DNA of 62,968 nucleotides from Pyrinomonadaceae bacterium (GCA_036374695.1 DASUTF010000269.1:1-62968); one strand, 5' to 3'. Numbered from the stretch's first letter, positions 18,321 through 27,024 are shown. Numbers and translations are program-made. The notes: generated by a model from the letters alone, not told the origin.

Positions 18321-19685
18321 ATGCCTGACATCCTTCTGGTCGAAGACAAAGAGAGCCTGCGCCGCGTCTTGCGCATGACGCTGGAAAACGCCGGCTACTC
18401 TGTGACCGAGGCCGCGGATGCGCGCGCGGCCATCGACGCGATCGGACGCGTTCCTCATAAAATTGTCTTGACCGACCTGCGCATGCCGAACGGCTCAGGC
18501 ATTGAGGTGTTGCGCGCCTCAAAGAATGCCGACAGTGATGTGCCCGTAATTGTAATGACCGCGTACGGCTCGATCGATGAAGCGGTGCAGGCGATGAAGG
18601 ACGGCGCGCACGACTTCCTGCAAAAGCCTGTCGACTCCAACCATCTGCTGTTGCTGGTCGAACGCGCGCTCGAGCAAACGCGTTTGCGGACTGAGAACCT
18701 TCTGCTGCGCGAAGAGTGGTCCAAGCGTTATGGCTTTCCACGCATCATCGGCGAGTCGGAGGCGATTAAGCGCGCAGTCGGTGAAACTCAGCGGGTTGCG
18801 ATGACTGACGCCACCGTTCTATTGCTCGGCGAATCGGGCACGGGCAAAGAGCTGTTCGCGCGCGCGGTGCACCATCTTTCCAATCGCCGCGACAAACCCT
18901 TCGTGGCGATCAACTGCGCGGCAATTCCCGAGACGCTAATCGAAAATGAGTTGTTCGGCCACGAGCGCGGCGCCTTCACCGGAGCCGGCGAGCGACGGCT
19001 CGGGAAATTCGAATTAGCGTCAGGCGGCACAGTATTCCTCGATGAGATTGGCGAACTGCCACTCGCCGTGCAGGGAAAACTTCTGCGCGCGATTGAAGAG
19101 AAGTCGGTGGATCGCATCGGCGGCAAAGCCCCCATTCCGGTCGATGTGCGCATCGTGGCCGCGACGAACAAAGACTTGCGCGCGGCGGTCGATCAAGGAG
19201 AGTTTCGCGGCGATCTGTTCTTTCGGCTCGCCGTGTTTCCGATCGAAATTCCGCCCCTGCGCGATCGTGGCGAGGATATAGTTCTGCTCGCTCATCACTT
19301 TGCGGCCCAGCTTGGGAAAGAGTTGCGGGGCAGGGAAGCAACGCTCGGCGACCGGAGCCTGGCAGCCTTGCGCGCGCACAGATGGCCCGGAAATGTTCGC
19401 GAGCTCGAGAATGCGATCGAGCGGGCGTGCATTCTGGCGGATGGCGCCAGCCTCGAACCAACTGATCTCGGATTCGGCAGCGAGCAATCATGGGATGTAA
19501 AAACGCTCGGCTTCGACACCTCTGGAACTCTGGGCGAGGTGGCTGATCGTGCGGTGAGATTGGTTGAGCGACAGAAGATCAAAGAGGCTCTCGCGGCTCA
19601 CAATGACAACAAGACGGCGACTGCCGAAGCGCTCGGGGTAAGTTACAAAACGCTCTTGACGAAGATTAAGGAGTACGGCCTCTGA
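18321..19685 (+). CDS. Sigma-54-dependent response regulator (NtrC family: REC + AAA+ + Fis-type HTH)
   Basis: REC domain (ILLVEDK..., LTDLRMP), Walker A GESGTGKE, sigma-54 contact motif GAFTGA, C-terminal HTH ATAEALGVSYKTLLTKIKEYGL. No histidine kinase adjacent. Confidence 0.92.
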   Translation: MPDILLVEDKESLRRVLRMTLENAGYSVTEAADARAAIDAIGRVPHKIVLTDLRMPNGSGIEVLRASKNADSDVPVIVMTAYGSIDEAVQAMKDGAHDFLQKPVDSNHLLLLVERALEQTRLRTENLLLREEWSKRYGFPRIIGESEAIKRAVGETQRVAMTDATVLLLGESGTGKELFARAVHHLSNRRDKPFVAINCAAIPETLIENELFGHERGAFTGAGERRLGKFELASGGTVFLDEIGELPLAVQGKLLRAIEEKSVDRIGGKAPIPVDVRIVAATNKDLRAAVDQGEFRGDLFFRLAVFPIEIPPLRDRGEDIVLLAHHFAAQLGKELRGREATLGDRSLAALRAHRWPGNVRELENAIERACILADGASLEPTDLGFGSEQSWDVKTLGFDTSGTLGEVADRAVRLVERQKIKEALAAHNDNKTATAEALGVSYKTLLTKIKEYGL

Positions 19686-19907
19686 TTGGGTACGCGGCCC
19701 TCAGGCCGCAACCTCCCGGCGCGCGGTGGAATCAAGAGCAGGCCAGGAGGCCCGCGTACCGTTGTCCCGCAGGGACGAAAATGTCTATAGTCCGAATCCG
19801 TTACCATGACGAAAAGCTCCTTTAGGAGCGCGATAGTTTCGCTCCTTGAAGGAGCTGGTTTTTTGTGTAACGCGCTTCTATAAACATGCTGCTCCGCCGG
19901 AGCGATG
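19686..19907. repeat. Cluster of family D-like and family J hairpin units
   Basis: GGGTACGCGGCCCTCAGGCCGC ... GGCCAGGAGGCCCGCGTACC. GTCCCGCAGGGAC + ATGTCTATAG. GCTCCTTTAGGAGC and GCTCCTTGAAGGAGC. CTATAAACAT + GCTCCGCCGGAGC (inverted J unit) overlapping the 19886 ORF start. Confidence 0.8.
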
Positions 19908-19918
19908 CGATCGTTAGG

Positions 19919-21694
19919 ATGAACGACGTGCCCGAGCAAACGCCCAAGCCTCCGCTTTCGAGTGCCAACTCTGAGGGCGACGCGTCTGCAGCTTCTTCAA
20001 ATCACGACACCGAGAATGCGGGTCGTAGGTCACCGGGTAACGCCGCTGAAATAGCCGGCGCGACTGTTGACGTTGTCGGCGAGGCGACGGGGCGGTTTCC
20101 GCGCGTGCCGATCGCAAAGAGCGAGAGTACGGGAAGGTCAGCTCTTCTGGTGGGCGCAGGAATTCTGCTGAGTAGAATTCTCGGCGTCCTCCGCCAACGC
20201 GCGTTCGCGCATTATCTGGGTACGTCTGACGCGGCCGGGGCTTTTGATGCGGCGTTTCGCATTCCTAACTTCTTACAAAACGTTTTTGGTGAGGGCGCCC
20301 TGTCGGCTTCGTTTATACCTGTGTATGCGAAGTTACTGGCTAAGGGCGAGGACAAGGAAGCCGCCCGAGTCGCCGATGCAGTCTTGACGCTGCTGGCGTT
20401 GATAACGTCAGTGATTGTCCTGATCGGCATTCTGACAACTCCGTACTGGATCGTTCTATTTGCCAAGAGCTTTGACGACGCCACCCGCGAATTAACGATT
20501 CGTTTAGTGCGCATCTTGTTTCCGGGCGCGGGACTGCTGGTTCTATCCGCCTGGTGTCTGGGTGTTCTCAATAGCCACCGCCGTTTCTTCCTTTCTTACA
20601 CGGCGCCGGTTGCCTGGAACCTGGCAATCATCGCCACCCTGATTTGGTTTGGTCCGCGCGAGGAACAATTTCGCCTGGCCGAGATCGTGGCGTGGGGATC
20701 GGTTGTCGGCAGTGCACTGCAATTCGGAGTGCAATTGCCCACCGTTCTGAAATTGGTTCGGCGCTTGCGACCCGTTCTGGATATCGCGAGTGAAAACGTG
20801 CGCACGGTCCTGCGGAATTTCTTTCCGGTCTTTATCAGTCGCGGAGTGGTCCAGATTTCGGCCTTTGTGGACGGCATCCTGGCAGGCCTAATCAGCACCC
20901 AGGCGGTAGCGTCACTGACCTACGCTCAAAGCCTCTACACCTTACCGATCAGCCTGTTCGGAATGTCGGTATCGGCGGCGGAACTGCCCGCCATGTCCAG
21001 CGCGGTGGGCACCAACGCGGAGATCGCGTCCCAGCTGCGGACCAGACTTGATCAGGGTCTGCGGCGTATCGCGCTTTTCATTGTGCCTTCGATCGTGGCC
21101 ATCCTGGCCCTGGGCGATGTGATGATAGCCGTGCTTTATCAGACTGGCCGATTCGGCCCTGAGGCCACTCGCTATGTCTGGGCGATCCTGGCCGGCTCAA
21201 CTATTGGTTTGTTGGCTTCGACGCTGGGGCGTCTTTACGCGTCGACGTATTATGCGCTGCGCGACACGCGCACCCCGTTACGATACGCAATTCTGAGAGT
21301 GACGTTGGCGATGGGCCTTGGCTATATCGTCGCGATTCATGGGCCTGTGCTGATCGGCGTCGATCCCAAATGGGGCGCCGCCGGTCTCACAGCGTCGTCG
21401 GGAGTTGTCGGCTGGATTGAATTTGCCTTGCTGCGGCGGACCATGAATCGAAGAATTGGTTGGACTGGCTTGTCGGCCGGCTACGTGGCCCGGTTATGGC
21501 TGGCCGCAGTGACTGGCGCCGGCCTCGGCTGGCTTATCAAACTAACCATCGGCATGCGGCATCCGGCCATTATCGCGTCACTGGTGCTGATACCGTACGG
21601 GCTCACGTACTTTGCCCTGGCGTGGCTGTTGCGCGTTCCGGAAGCCGCCGCCGTTATCAATCGAAGTCTTCGCGTGCTTCGTTTGAAGACCTAA
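19919..21694 (+). CDS. murJ: Lipid II flippase MurJ (MviN)
   Basis: Multi-TM protein with MurJ-type N-terminal region LLSRILGVLRQRAFAHYLGTSDAAGAFDAAFRIPNFLQNVFGEGALSASFIPVY. Long low-complexity N-terminal extension. The track start 19886 lies inside a J repeat, so ATG 19919 or later is preferred. Confidence 0.88.
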   Translation: MNDVPEQTPKPPLSSANSEGDASAASSNHDTENAGRRSPGNAAEIAGATVDVVGEATGRFPRVPIAKSESTGRSALLVGAGILLSRILGVLRQRAFAHYLGTSDAAGAFDAAFRIPNFLQNVFGEGALSASFIPVYAKLLAKGEDKEAARVADAVLTLLALITSVIVLIGILTTPYWIVLFAKSFDDATRELTIRLVRILFPGAGLLVLSAWCLGVLNSHRRFFLSYTAPVAWNLAIIATLIWFGPREEQFRLAEIVAWGSVVGSALQFGVQLPTVLKLVRRLRPVLDIASENVRTVLRNFFPVFISRGVVQISAFVDGILAGLISTQAVASLTYAQSLYTLPISLFGMSVSAAELPAMSSAVGTNAEIASQLRTRLDQGLRRIALFIVPSIVAILALGDVMIAVLYQTGRFGPEATRYVWAILAGSTIGLLASTLGRLYASTYYALRDTRTPLRYAILRVTLAMGLGYIVAIHGPVLIGVDPKWGAAGLTASSGVVGWIEFALLRRTMNRRIGWTGLSAGYVARLWLAAVTGAGLGWLIKLTIGMRHPAIIASLVLIPYGLTYFALAWLLRVPEAAAVINRSLRVLRLKT

Positions 21695-21703
21695 TCGGCA
21701 AAC

Positions 21704-21732
21704 AAAAAAAGGCCCCACCGAAGTGGAGCCTC
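21704..21732 (-). terminator. Rho-independent terminator of the subtilase gene
   Basis: The minus strand reads GAGGCTCCAC-TTCG-GTGGGGCC followed by TTTTTTTG, about 25 nt after the stop at 21757. Confidence 0.75.
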
Positions 21733-21756
21733 ATGAATTCCGCATGGTCGTGGTAG

Positions 21757-24315
21757 TTATTTCTCCACTGCCATGCCCTCGGTGTTGTCGCCAGGGAAGT
21801 AGCGCGTGGCATCGGCAACAAGTACGCCGTCGGCAACGAGCACGCCGCGACCGTCGGCAATGAGCACGCCGCGGCCGTCGGCTAATAGAGTGCCATCTGA
21901 CAAGAGAACGCCGTCGCTAATCAGCACGCCATCGCCGATGAGAACGCCGTCGCTGAGCAACACGCCGTCACTGAGGAGAACGCCGTTCGTCATGAGCACT
22001 ACGCCGTTACTCATCGCCATGCCGGTGCTAATCATGATGTTGTCGCTGAGCAGCACGCCGCTCGACAGCATGGTGTTGTCGCTCAACAGGACGCCATCAG
22101 AAATCAGCACGCCATCCGACAACAGGACGCCCTGACGGTAAATGGCCTGGTACTTGGTGATCAGCGCCGCGCCCGTGGCCCAGTTGTGATTGAAAATCAC
22201 TCCCTGCGACCATTCGAAGGTTTCGCCCGCGATGGTTGTCTTCGAGAGCGGTGCCGAACTGGTCAAGAGCGGCGAACCGACGGCAGTAGTGCCGTTGAAA
22301 TCTGTGCGCATGGCCTTCGCCAATCGCACAGCGCCTTCCAGGTTTACCTCTCCCGCGCCCTGCTCCAGCGTGTTGTAGCCCTTCAAAGACTGCGCCGTGT
22401 ACATGAGAATCATCTTCACCATGTTCGGCGTTAGCCGCGGATTGGCCTCGAGCATCACCGCCACTGCACCCGCAACGATCGGAGCTGACACCGAGGTGCC
22501 GCTCAGACGCATGGTGCCTTTGCCGCTAGGCGATCTGCAATCCGACACACAGAGTTCGGGATTTTTCGCTACCAGGTTGTTGACCGGCGCGGCCGCTCCG
22601 ATAATTTTGTTACCCGGTGCGACGACGTCCGGCTTGATCAGGTTGTCGTAATGCTTCACGCCCTGAGCATCTGTCCAGAAGCTGCGGGTGGGACCTCTCG
22701 AACTGAATGTCGCGACTACATCATCGCTGCGCGCATCACTGCCGAAGGTGTTCACCGCGCCAACGGTGAGCGCCGATGGCTCGTTACCGGGAGAGTGAAT
22801 CCGGCCGTACAGTTTCGCGTGGGTATTATCCTTGCCCTCGTTTCCGGCTGCGGCGACCACCACGATGCCCGAGTTCACCAGCCAGCGGACCGTGCGACAG
22901 ACTGGATCGTTCTTATACGAATCCACAGCCGCTGTTCCCAGGCTGAGATTCACGACGCGGATGTTATACGTATTCCGGTAATACCAAACGGTGTAGAGGG
23001 CGTACAGCAAGCCTGATGTGGAACCGACACCCTGCGAGTTCAGCACGCGTAGGTTTAACAAGTTAGCACGGCCGGCAATGCCGCCGTACGGGCCATCCGG
23101 CGCGGCAATCATCGAAGCGACGAACGTGCCGTGGCCGTAACGATCTTCTGTAGTGCCTTCACCGGTAAAGTCACGGCTGTAAACGATGCGTCCAGCCAGG
23201 CTCTTTTGCCTCGGCGAGATTCCTGAATCCAGGACTGCGATACCAATGCCGCTTCCGTCCATACCCTTATTGCGCGGATTAGCCAGCATGGCTGTTTCGC
23301 CGATCGTGGTTTCGACGTGGCCCAGGCCTTTAAGCGGCCGATCGAGCGAAACGTACTTTGCCCACTGACTGGACGCCAGCTCAAAAACTCCCGTGGTCGG
23401 AATCTCGACCGCAAGAGTCTTGAAGGCAGCGAGCTCGGTGCTGGGTTTAACACCCCACTCCGCCAGCTTGGCGCGCAGTTCAGGGTTGTTAAGGTCGCTG
23501 ACTTGAAGAATCACTTTGACGGTTGCCGGCCCGCCGGGAGTCTCAATGACCTCGCGCAAGTCATCTGAAATCTTTTCGCCGGTAAACTCTTCAGTGTCGG
23601 CGGTTTCGGCGTTGGCCTCTTCGTTGTTCGTTTCGTTAGCAGCGGTCGCTTCCGTAACTTGGATTGTGGTAAACAGCGACGCCAGCTTCTCGTCGCCGGC
23701 TATCGCGTCCTCGAATGTGCCGTGGGTCGAAGCGCCGATGCACTTGAACTTGCCGGCCGCGATCGCTTCGCGCACAAATTCGGAAACAGTCGCGTCAAAC
23801 GCGGCTGACGTGCCGACGAGAGAGTGAAGGGGATCGATAACGAGGATGACTTTGGTATCTGAATTTTCGATTTCGGACAGAACCGCCGCCAGCGTGGTTT
23901 TGAGTTGTTCTGCATTCTTTGTGTCGTGGAAGAGCTTGTCCAGGTCGAGTTTCAACACGCGGCGGCCCATCAATTCTTCCGGCCCTTGTCCGCGAGCAAT
24001 CTGACGGGCTACTCCGGCGATGACGACGTTGCGCTCAGCCTGCGAGTCGGTCAGCAGGACAGGATTGTTTTGCTCGGCCAGAATCGCCAATGCGCGGGTG
24101 ATCTCTTTGGCTTGATCGCTAAACGAATCGAATTTCCCCTGTTCGGCTGCGGCAGTAATGTCGCGGGTGTATCGCGCCAGAGCGGTGGGGGCGGCTGGCT
24201 CATTAACCTGCGCCTGAGCGGTGTCGCTGACCAGGATTCCCAGCAAGAGGGAAACGGCTATCGTGGCCGCTGTCAGCGACCGCCAGGTAATCGGGGGTAG
24301 GTTTGTGTGTCTCAT
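21757..24315 (-). CDS. Secreted subtilisin-like serine protease (S8) with N-terminal degenerate Clp/Hsp100 NBD1-like module and C-terminal hexapeptide array
   Basis: Signal peptide (..LGILVSDTAQAQ). Residues about 45-220 are Clp NBD1-like. Acidic linker, then I9-like propeptide. Catalytic motifs IAVLDSG (D), HGTFVAS (H), SGTSVSAP (S). Residues 729-835 form the hexapeptide array. Confidence 0.9.
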   Translation of the reverse strand: MRHTNLPPITWRSLTAATIAVSLLLGILVSDTAQAQVNEPAAPTALARYTRDITAAAEQGKFDSFSDQAKEITRALAILAEQNNPVLLTDSQAERNVVIAGVARQIARGQGPEELMGRRVLKLDLDKLFHDTKNAEQLKTTLAAVLSEIENSDTKVILVIDPLHSLVGTSAAFDATVSEFVREAIAAGKFKCIGASTHGTFEDAIAGDEKLASLFTTIQVTEATAANETNNEEANAETADTEEFTGEKISDDLREVIETPGGPATVKVILQVSDLNNPELRAKLAEWGVKPSTELAAFKTLAVEIPTTGVFELASSQWAKYVSLDRPLKGLGHVETTIGETAMLANPRNKGMDGSGIGIAVLDSGISPRQKSLAGRIVYSRDFTGEGTTEDRYGHGTFVASMIAAPDGPYGGIAGRANLLNLRVLNSQGVGSTSGLLYALYTVWYYRNTYNIRVVNLSLGTAAVDSYKNDPVCRTVRWLVNSGIVVVAAAGNEGKDNTHAKLYGRIHSPGNEPSALTVGAVNTFGSDARSDDVVATFSSRGPTRSFWTDAQGVKHYDNLIKPDVVAPGNKIIGAAAPVNNLVAKNPELCVSDCRSPSGKGTMRLSGTSVSAPIVAGAVAVMLEANPRLTPNMVKMILMYTAQSLKGYNTLEQGAGEVNLEGAVRLAKAMRTDFNGTTAVGSPLLTSSAPLSKTTIAGETFEWSQGVIFNHNWATGAALITKYQAIYRQGVLLSDGVLISDGVLLSDNTMLSSGVLLSDNIMISTGMAMSNGVVLMTNGVLLSDGVLLSDGVLIGDGVLISDGVLLSDGTLLADGRGVLIADGRGVLVADGVLVADATRYFPGDNTEGMAVEK
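21811..22131 (-). repeat. 18-nt periodic coding repeat (G-V-L-[LIV]-[SA]-D hexapeptides, about 17-18 units)
   Basis: GVLLSDGVLISDGVLLSDNTMLSSGVLLSDNIMISTGMAMSNGVVLMTNGVLLSDGVLLSDGVLIGDGVLISDGVLLSDGTLLADGRGVLIADGRGVLVADGVLVAD. Confidence 0.9.
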
Positions 24316-24386
24316 TTTTTGGAGCGTCTCTCCGCTTTTTCGTGTTCAACTGCGCGGAATGCAGAATTCCCGCACCGGGCTGTAAA

Positions 24387-24401
24387 CCAAGGCGCGTGCC
24401 A
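24387..24401 (-). promoter_or_regulatory. Sigma-54-like -24/-12 element with a non-consensus -12 (TGGCAC-N5-TTGG)
   Basis: The minus strand reads TGGCACgcgccTTGGt. TGGCAC begins 86 nt upstream of the subtilase ATG, the same spacing as the consensus element upstream of the paralog. The -12 GC is GG. Confidence 0.3.
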
Positions 24402-24451
24402 TGACGGAAAGTGCAGTTTTTAGGCGGTTTTTGTAGAATTCCGGCAATTGG

Positions 24452-24509
24452 CGAATCGGTCAAGTCGGTCAGTCTGAAAGCTTTTTTTTCAGTCTGACCG
24501 ACGGATTCG
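24452..24509. promoter_or_regulatory. Long imperfect palindrome in the divergent S8 / nnr intergenic region
   Basis: CGAATCGGTCAAGTCGGTCAGTCTGAAAGC / TTTTTTTTCAGTCTGACCGACGGATTCG. Contains three GACCGAY words (24455..24461 and 24464..24470 on the minus strand, 24496..24502 on the plus strand). Confidence 0.4.
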
Positions 24510-24794
24510 GCGAGAAAACGGGGCGTCACGAAAATATTTTTGGAGAAGGGCGGGCATTGTTTCTTTAGTTAGGCATCCCGGAAAGACGGATCGGTTGGTG
24601 CAGCGGCAAGCGGCGGGGAAACCCCTGGCCGCTCGTTTTGTTTTTAACGGCCGCCGGGGCGCGGGCATCCCAGTTCCAGAATTCCGATAGGGCGGCGAGC
24701 AAGAGCGGAGGAGAGCGCCAGGCATTAATCCAATGACCCCTCACCGGATGTTCCTCGATTGACCCTCCTCTAAACTTCTACTTATCATCGCCGC

Positions 24795-26444
24795 GTGCAA
24801 CCCGTTCTGAGTTCAGCGCAAATGCGCGAAATCGACCGCGTGACGACCGAGCTTTACGGCATCCCTTCGCTCGTGTTGATGGAGAACGCCGCCGCCGCGA
24901 CCGCGCGAGTCATCGCCTCGGCGACGCCCGAAATCGCTAACAGCTCAGTCCTGGTGTTGTGTGGCCGAGGCAACAACGGTGGCGACGGTGCGGCGACCGC
25001 GAGGTTGCTTGCACACGCCGGCGCGAACGTGACTGCAATTTTGTTCGGCAACATCGCGGACACGAAAGGGGACGCGCGCACGAACTTCGAAGCGTTGGCG
25101 AGCCTGGCCCAGGACAGCTCAGCAGCAAAGGGCGTGGTTCGCCTGATTGAGTGTGCGCGCGACGATGATTGCCAAAGTTTAGTCAATGAGCGACTGGATG
25201 AGTCGCCGGATGTAATCGTAGATGCAGTGTTCGGTACGGGTCTGACGCGTCCGCTTCAGGGAGTTCATGCTGAAACCGCGCGACGCGTCAACGCGCAGCG
25301 AGATCTCGCTGCCAGTAACCCGCTGGTTGTTTCGATTGATGTGCCTTCCGGATTGAGTTCCGACTCGCCGGAACCGATTGGCGAAGCCCTTCAAGCGGAC
25401 ATCACCGTGACGATGACGGCCCCGAAGATCGCGAACGTTCTGCCCCCAGCTTCGAGCTACAACGGTCGGCTCATCGTTGCCGACATCGGCTCGCCTGCTG
25501 ACTTCATCTCGAAAGCACCGACCGATTTGTTTCTCACCGATGAGGCCGACGCGCGACGTTGGCTCGTCGAAACGCGCTACACGCCGGCATCCTACAAGAA
25601 TACTCACGGTCACGCCGTAGTTGTTGCCGGTGCGCGCGGCTTTACCGGCGCCGCGGCGTTGTGCGCCAACGCGGCAATGCGTTCCGGCGCCGGGCTTGTG
25701 ACAGTGGCGACGCCCGCGTCGGCCCAGGCAATCGTCGCGACACAGGTCATGCCGGAAGTCATGACAGCGGCCCTGGCGGAAACAGATCGCGGTGCCGTCA
25801 GCGATGAAGCCTTCGATTTCTTTTCCAAGTTCAGCGAGAAAGCCGACGTGATTGCGATCGGGCCCGGCCTTTCATCCGAAGATGACCGGACGAGAAAGTT
25901 CGTCCGTCAGGTTGTTGAACATCGACGCGTGCCGGTCGTCATCGATGCTGATGGATTGAATTGTCTCTCTCCGTGGCCGGAAGATTTGCGCGGTTCGGCA
26001 GAACTGCCGATCGTCTTGACGCCTCATCCGGGCGAGATGCTTCGGCTGATGGGATCCGATGAGGCGGCTTTGAACGATCGAATCGCGGCGGCACGTAAGT
26101 TCGCGACTGAACACGAAGTGATCCTATTGCTGAAGGGTGGTCGTTCACTGGTCGCTGCACCCGACGGCCGCGTTTTCCTGAACTCAACCGGCAACGCCGG
26201 GTTGGGGACGGCAGGCGCGGGCGACACGTTAACTGGCGTCATCGCGGGATTCCTGGCACAGGCGCAAAGCAGTGAGAGCGTAAGTGCGCTCGATACCGCG
26301 ATCGCCGCGCTTTACGTCAGCGGTCTCGCCGGCGATTTAGCCGCGCGCAAACTCGGCATGCGCTGCATGGTCGCGTCAGATATTCGTGAACACCTGAGCG
26401 CTGCCATTGGTTCAATTGATCCGCGCGGAGAACAACCGGGATGA
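24795..26444 (+). CDS. nnr: Bifunctional NAD(P)H-hydrate repair enzyme Nnr (epimerase + ADP-dependent dehydratase)
   Basis: N-terminal YjeF_N (SAQMREIDRVTTELYGIPSLVLMENAA, GRGNNGGDG) and C-terminal carbohydrate-kinase-like domain (GPGLS, GNAGLGTAGAGDTLTG). GTG start. Confidence 0.92.
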   Translation: MQPVLSSAQMREIDRVTTELYGIPSLVLMENAAAATARVIASATPEIANSSVLVLCGRGNNGGDGAATARLLAHAGANVTAILFGNIADTKGDARTNFEALASLAQDSSAAKGVVRLIECARDDDCQSLVNERLDESPDVIVDAVFGTGLTRPLQGVHAETARRVNAQRDLAASNPLVVSIDVPSGLSSDSPEPIGEALQADITVTMTAPKIANVLPPASSYNGRLIVADIGSPADFISKAPTDLFLTDEADARRWLVETRYTPASYKNTHGHAVVVAGARGFTGAAALCANAAMRSGAGLVTVATPASAQAIVATQVMPEVMTAALAETDRGAVSDEAFDFFSKFSEKADVIAIGPGLSSEDDRTRKFVRQVVEHRRVPVVIDADGLNCLSPWPEDLRGSAELPIVLTPHPGEMLRLMGSDEAALNDRIAAARKFATEHEVILLLKGGRSLVAAPDGRVFLNSTGNAGLGTAGAGDTLTGVIAGFLAQAQSSESVSALDTAIAALYVSGLAGDLAARKLGMRCMVASDIREHLSAAIGSIDPRGEQPG

Positions 26445-26935
26445 CTGTCGCGTCTCAATCCATTCCCACCGGCGAGTTCGTCTCAAACAACGAGGAGGAG
26501 ACCTTTGACCTCGGCGTGCGCATCGGTCAACGGCTCGTCGGCGGTGAGATTCTTCTGCTGAACGGCCCACTGGGCGCGGGGAAAACTGTTTTCGCCAAAG
26601 GGATCGCGCACGCGCTCGAAGTCGATGAAGACGATGTCAGCAGCCCTTCGTTCACGCTGGTCAACCCGTACCAGGGGCGACTGCTCCTCTATCACATCGA
26701 TCTCTACCGCCTCGACGAAGGCGCGTCAGCCGCGCATGCCGTCGATCTCGACGAACTTCTTTCTGACGAGCAGGCGGTGATAATCATCGAATGGGCTGAA
26801 CGAATGGGCAGATATCCATTACCCCCCACGGCTTGGAGCATTTTATTCAAGGGTGATGGCGCCGCACCGCGGAAGATCTCGATCTGCCAGAACAACCAGC
26901 CAGGCATGGTCCTTTCAGAGCGATATTCGCATTAG
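26441..26935 (+). CDS. tsaE: tRNA t6A37 biosynthesis ATPase TsaE
   Basis: LLLNGPLGAGKTVFAKGIAHAL, SSPSFTLVNPY, YHIDLYRL, IIIEWAERM. ATGA overlap with nnr. Confidence 0.9.
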   Translation: MTVASQSIPTGEFVSNNEEETFDLGVRIGQRLVGGEILLLNGPLGAGKTVFAKGIAHALEVDEDDVSSPSFTLVNPYQGRLLLYHIDLYRLDEGASAAHAVDLDELLSDEQAVIIIEWAERMGRYPLPPTAWSILFKGDGAAPRKISICQNNQPGMVLSERYSH

Positions 26936-27024
26936 GAACTTCAGCTCCGCTGCTTCCGCATCTCAGCGCGTCCGATGCTAACTCGCCGCGGACTGTGTCA
27001 GTCAAATGGACGTGGAATACCTTC

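Noticed and set aside
21806-22135. 109-aa ORF (TPSATSTPRPSA... repeats) and, at 28822..29329, similar ORFs opposite the hexapeptide arrays
   Set aside because: They are reverse-strand translations of the 18-nt coding repeat of the subtilases. They have no independent start signals, and each repeat is contiguous with its S8 catalytic domain in the sense frame.
24203-24725. ORFs 24203..24529 and 24489..24725 in the large divergent intergenic region
   Set aside because: They have poor coding composition and overlap the subtilase start and the palindromic, AGAATTCC-word regulatory-looking region. No motifs were found.
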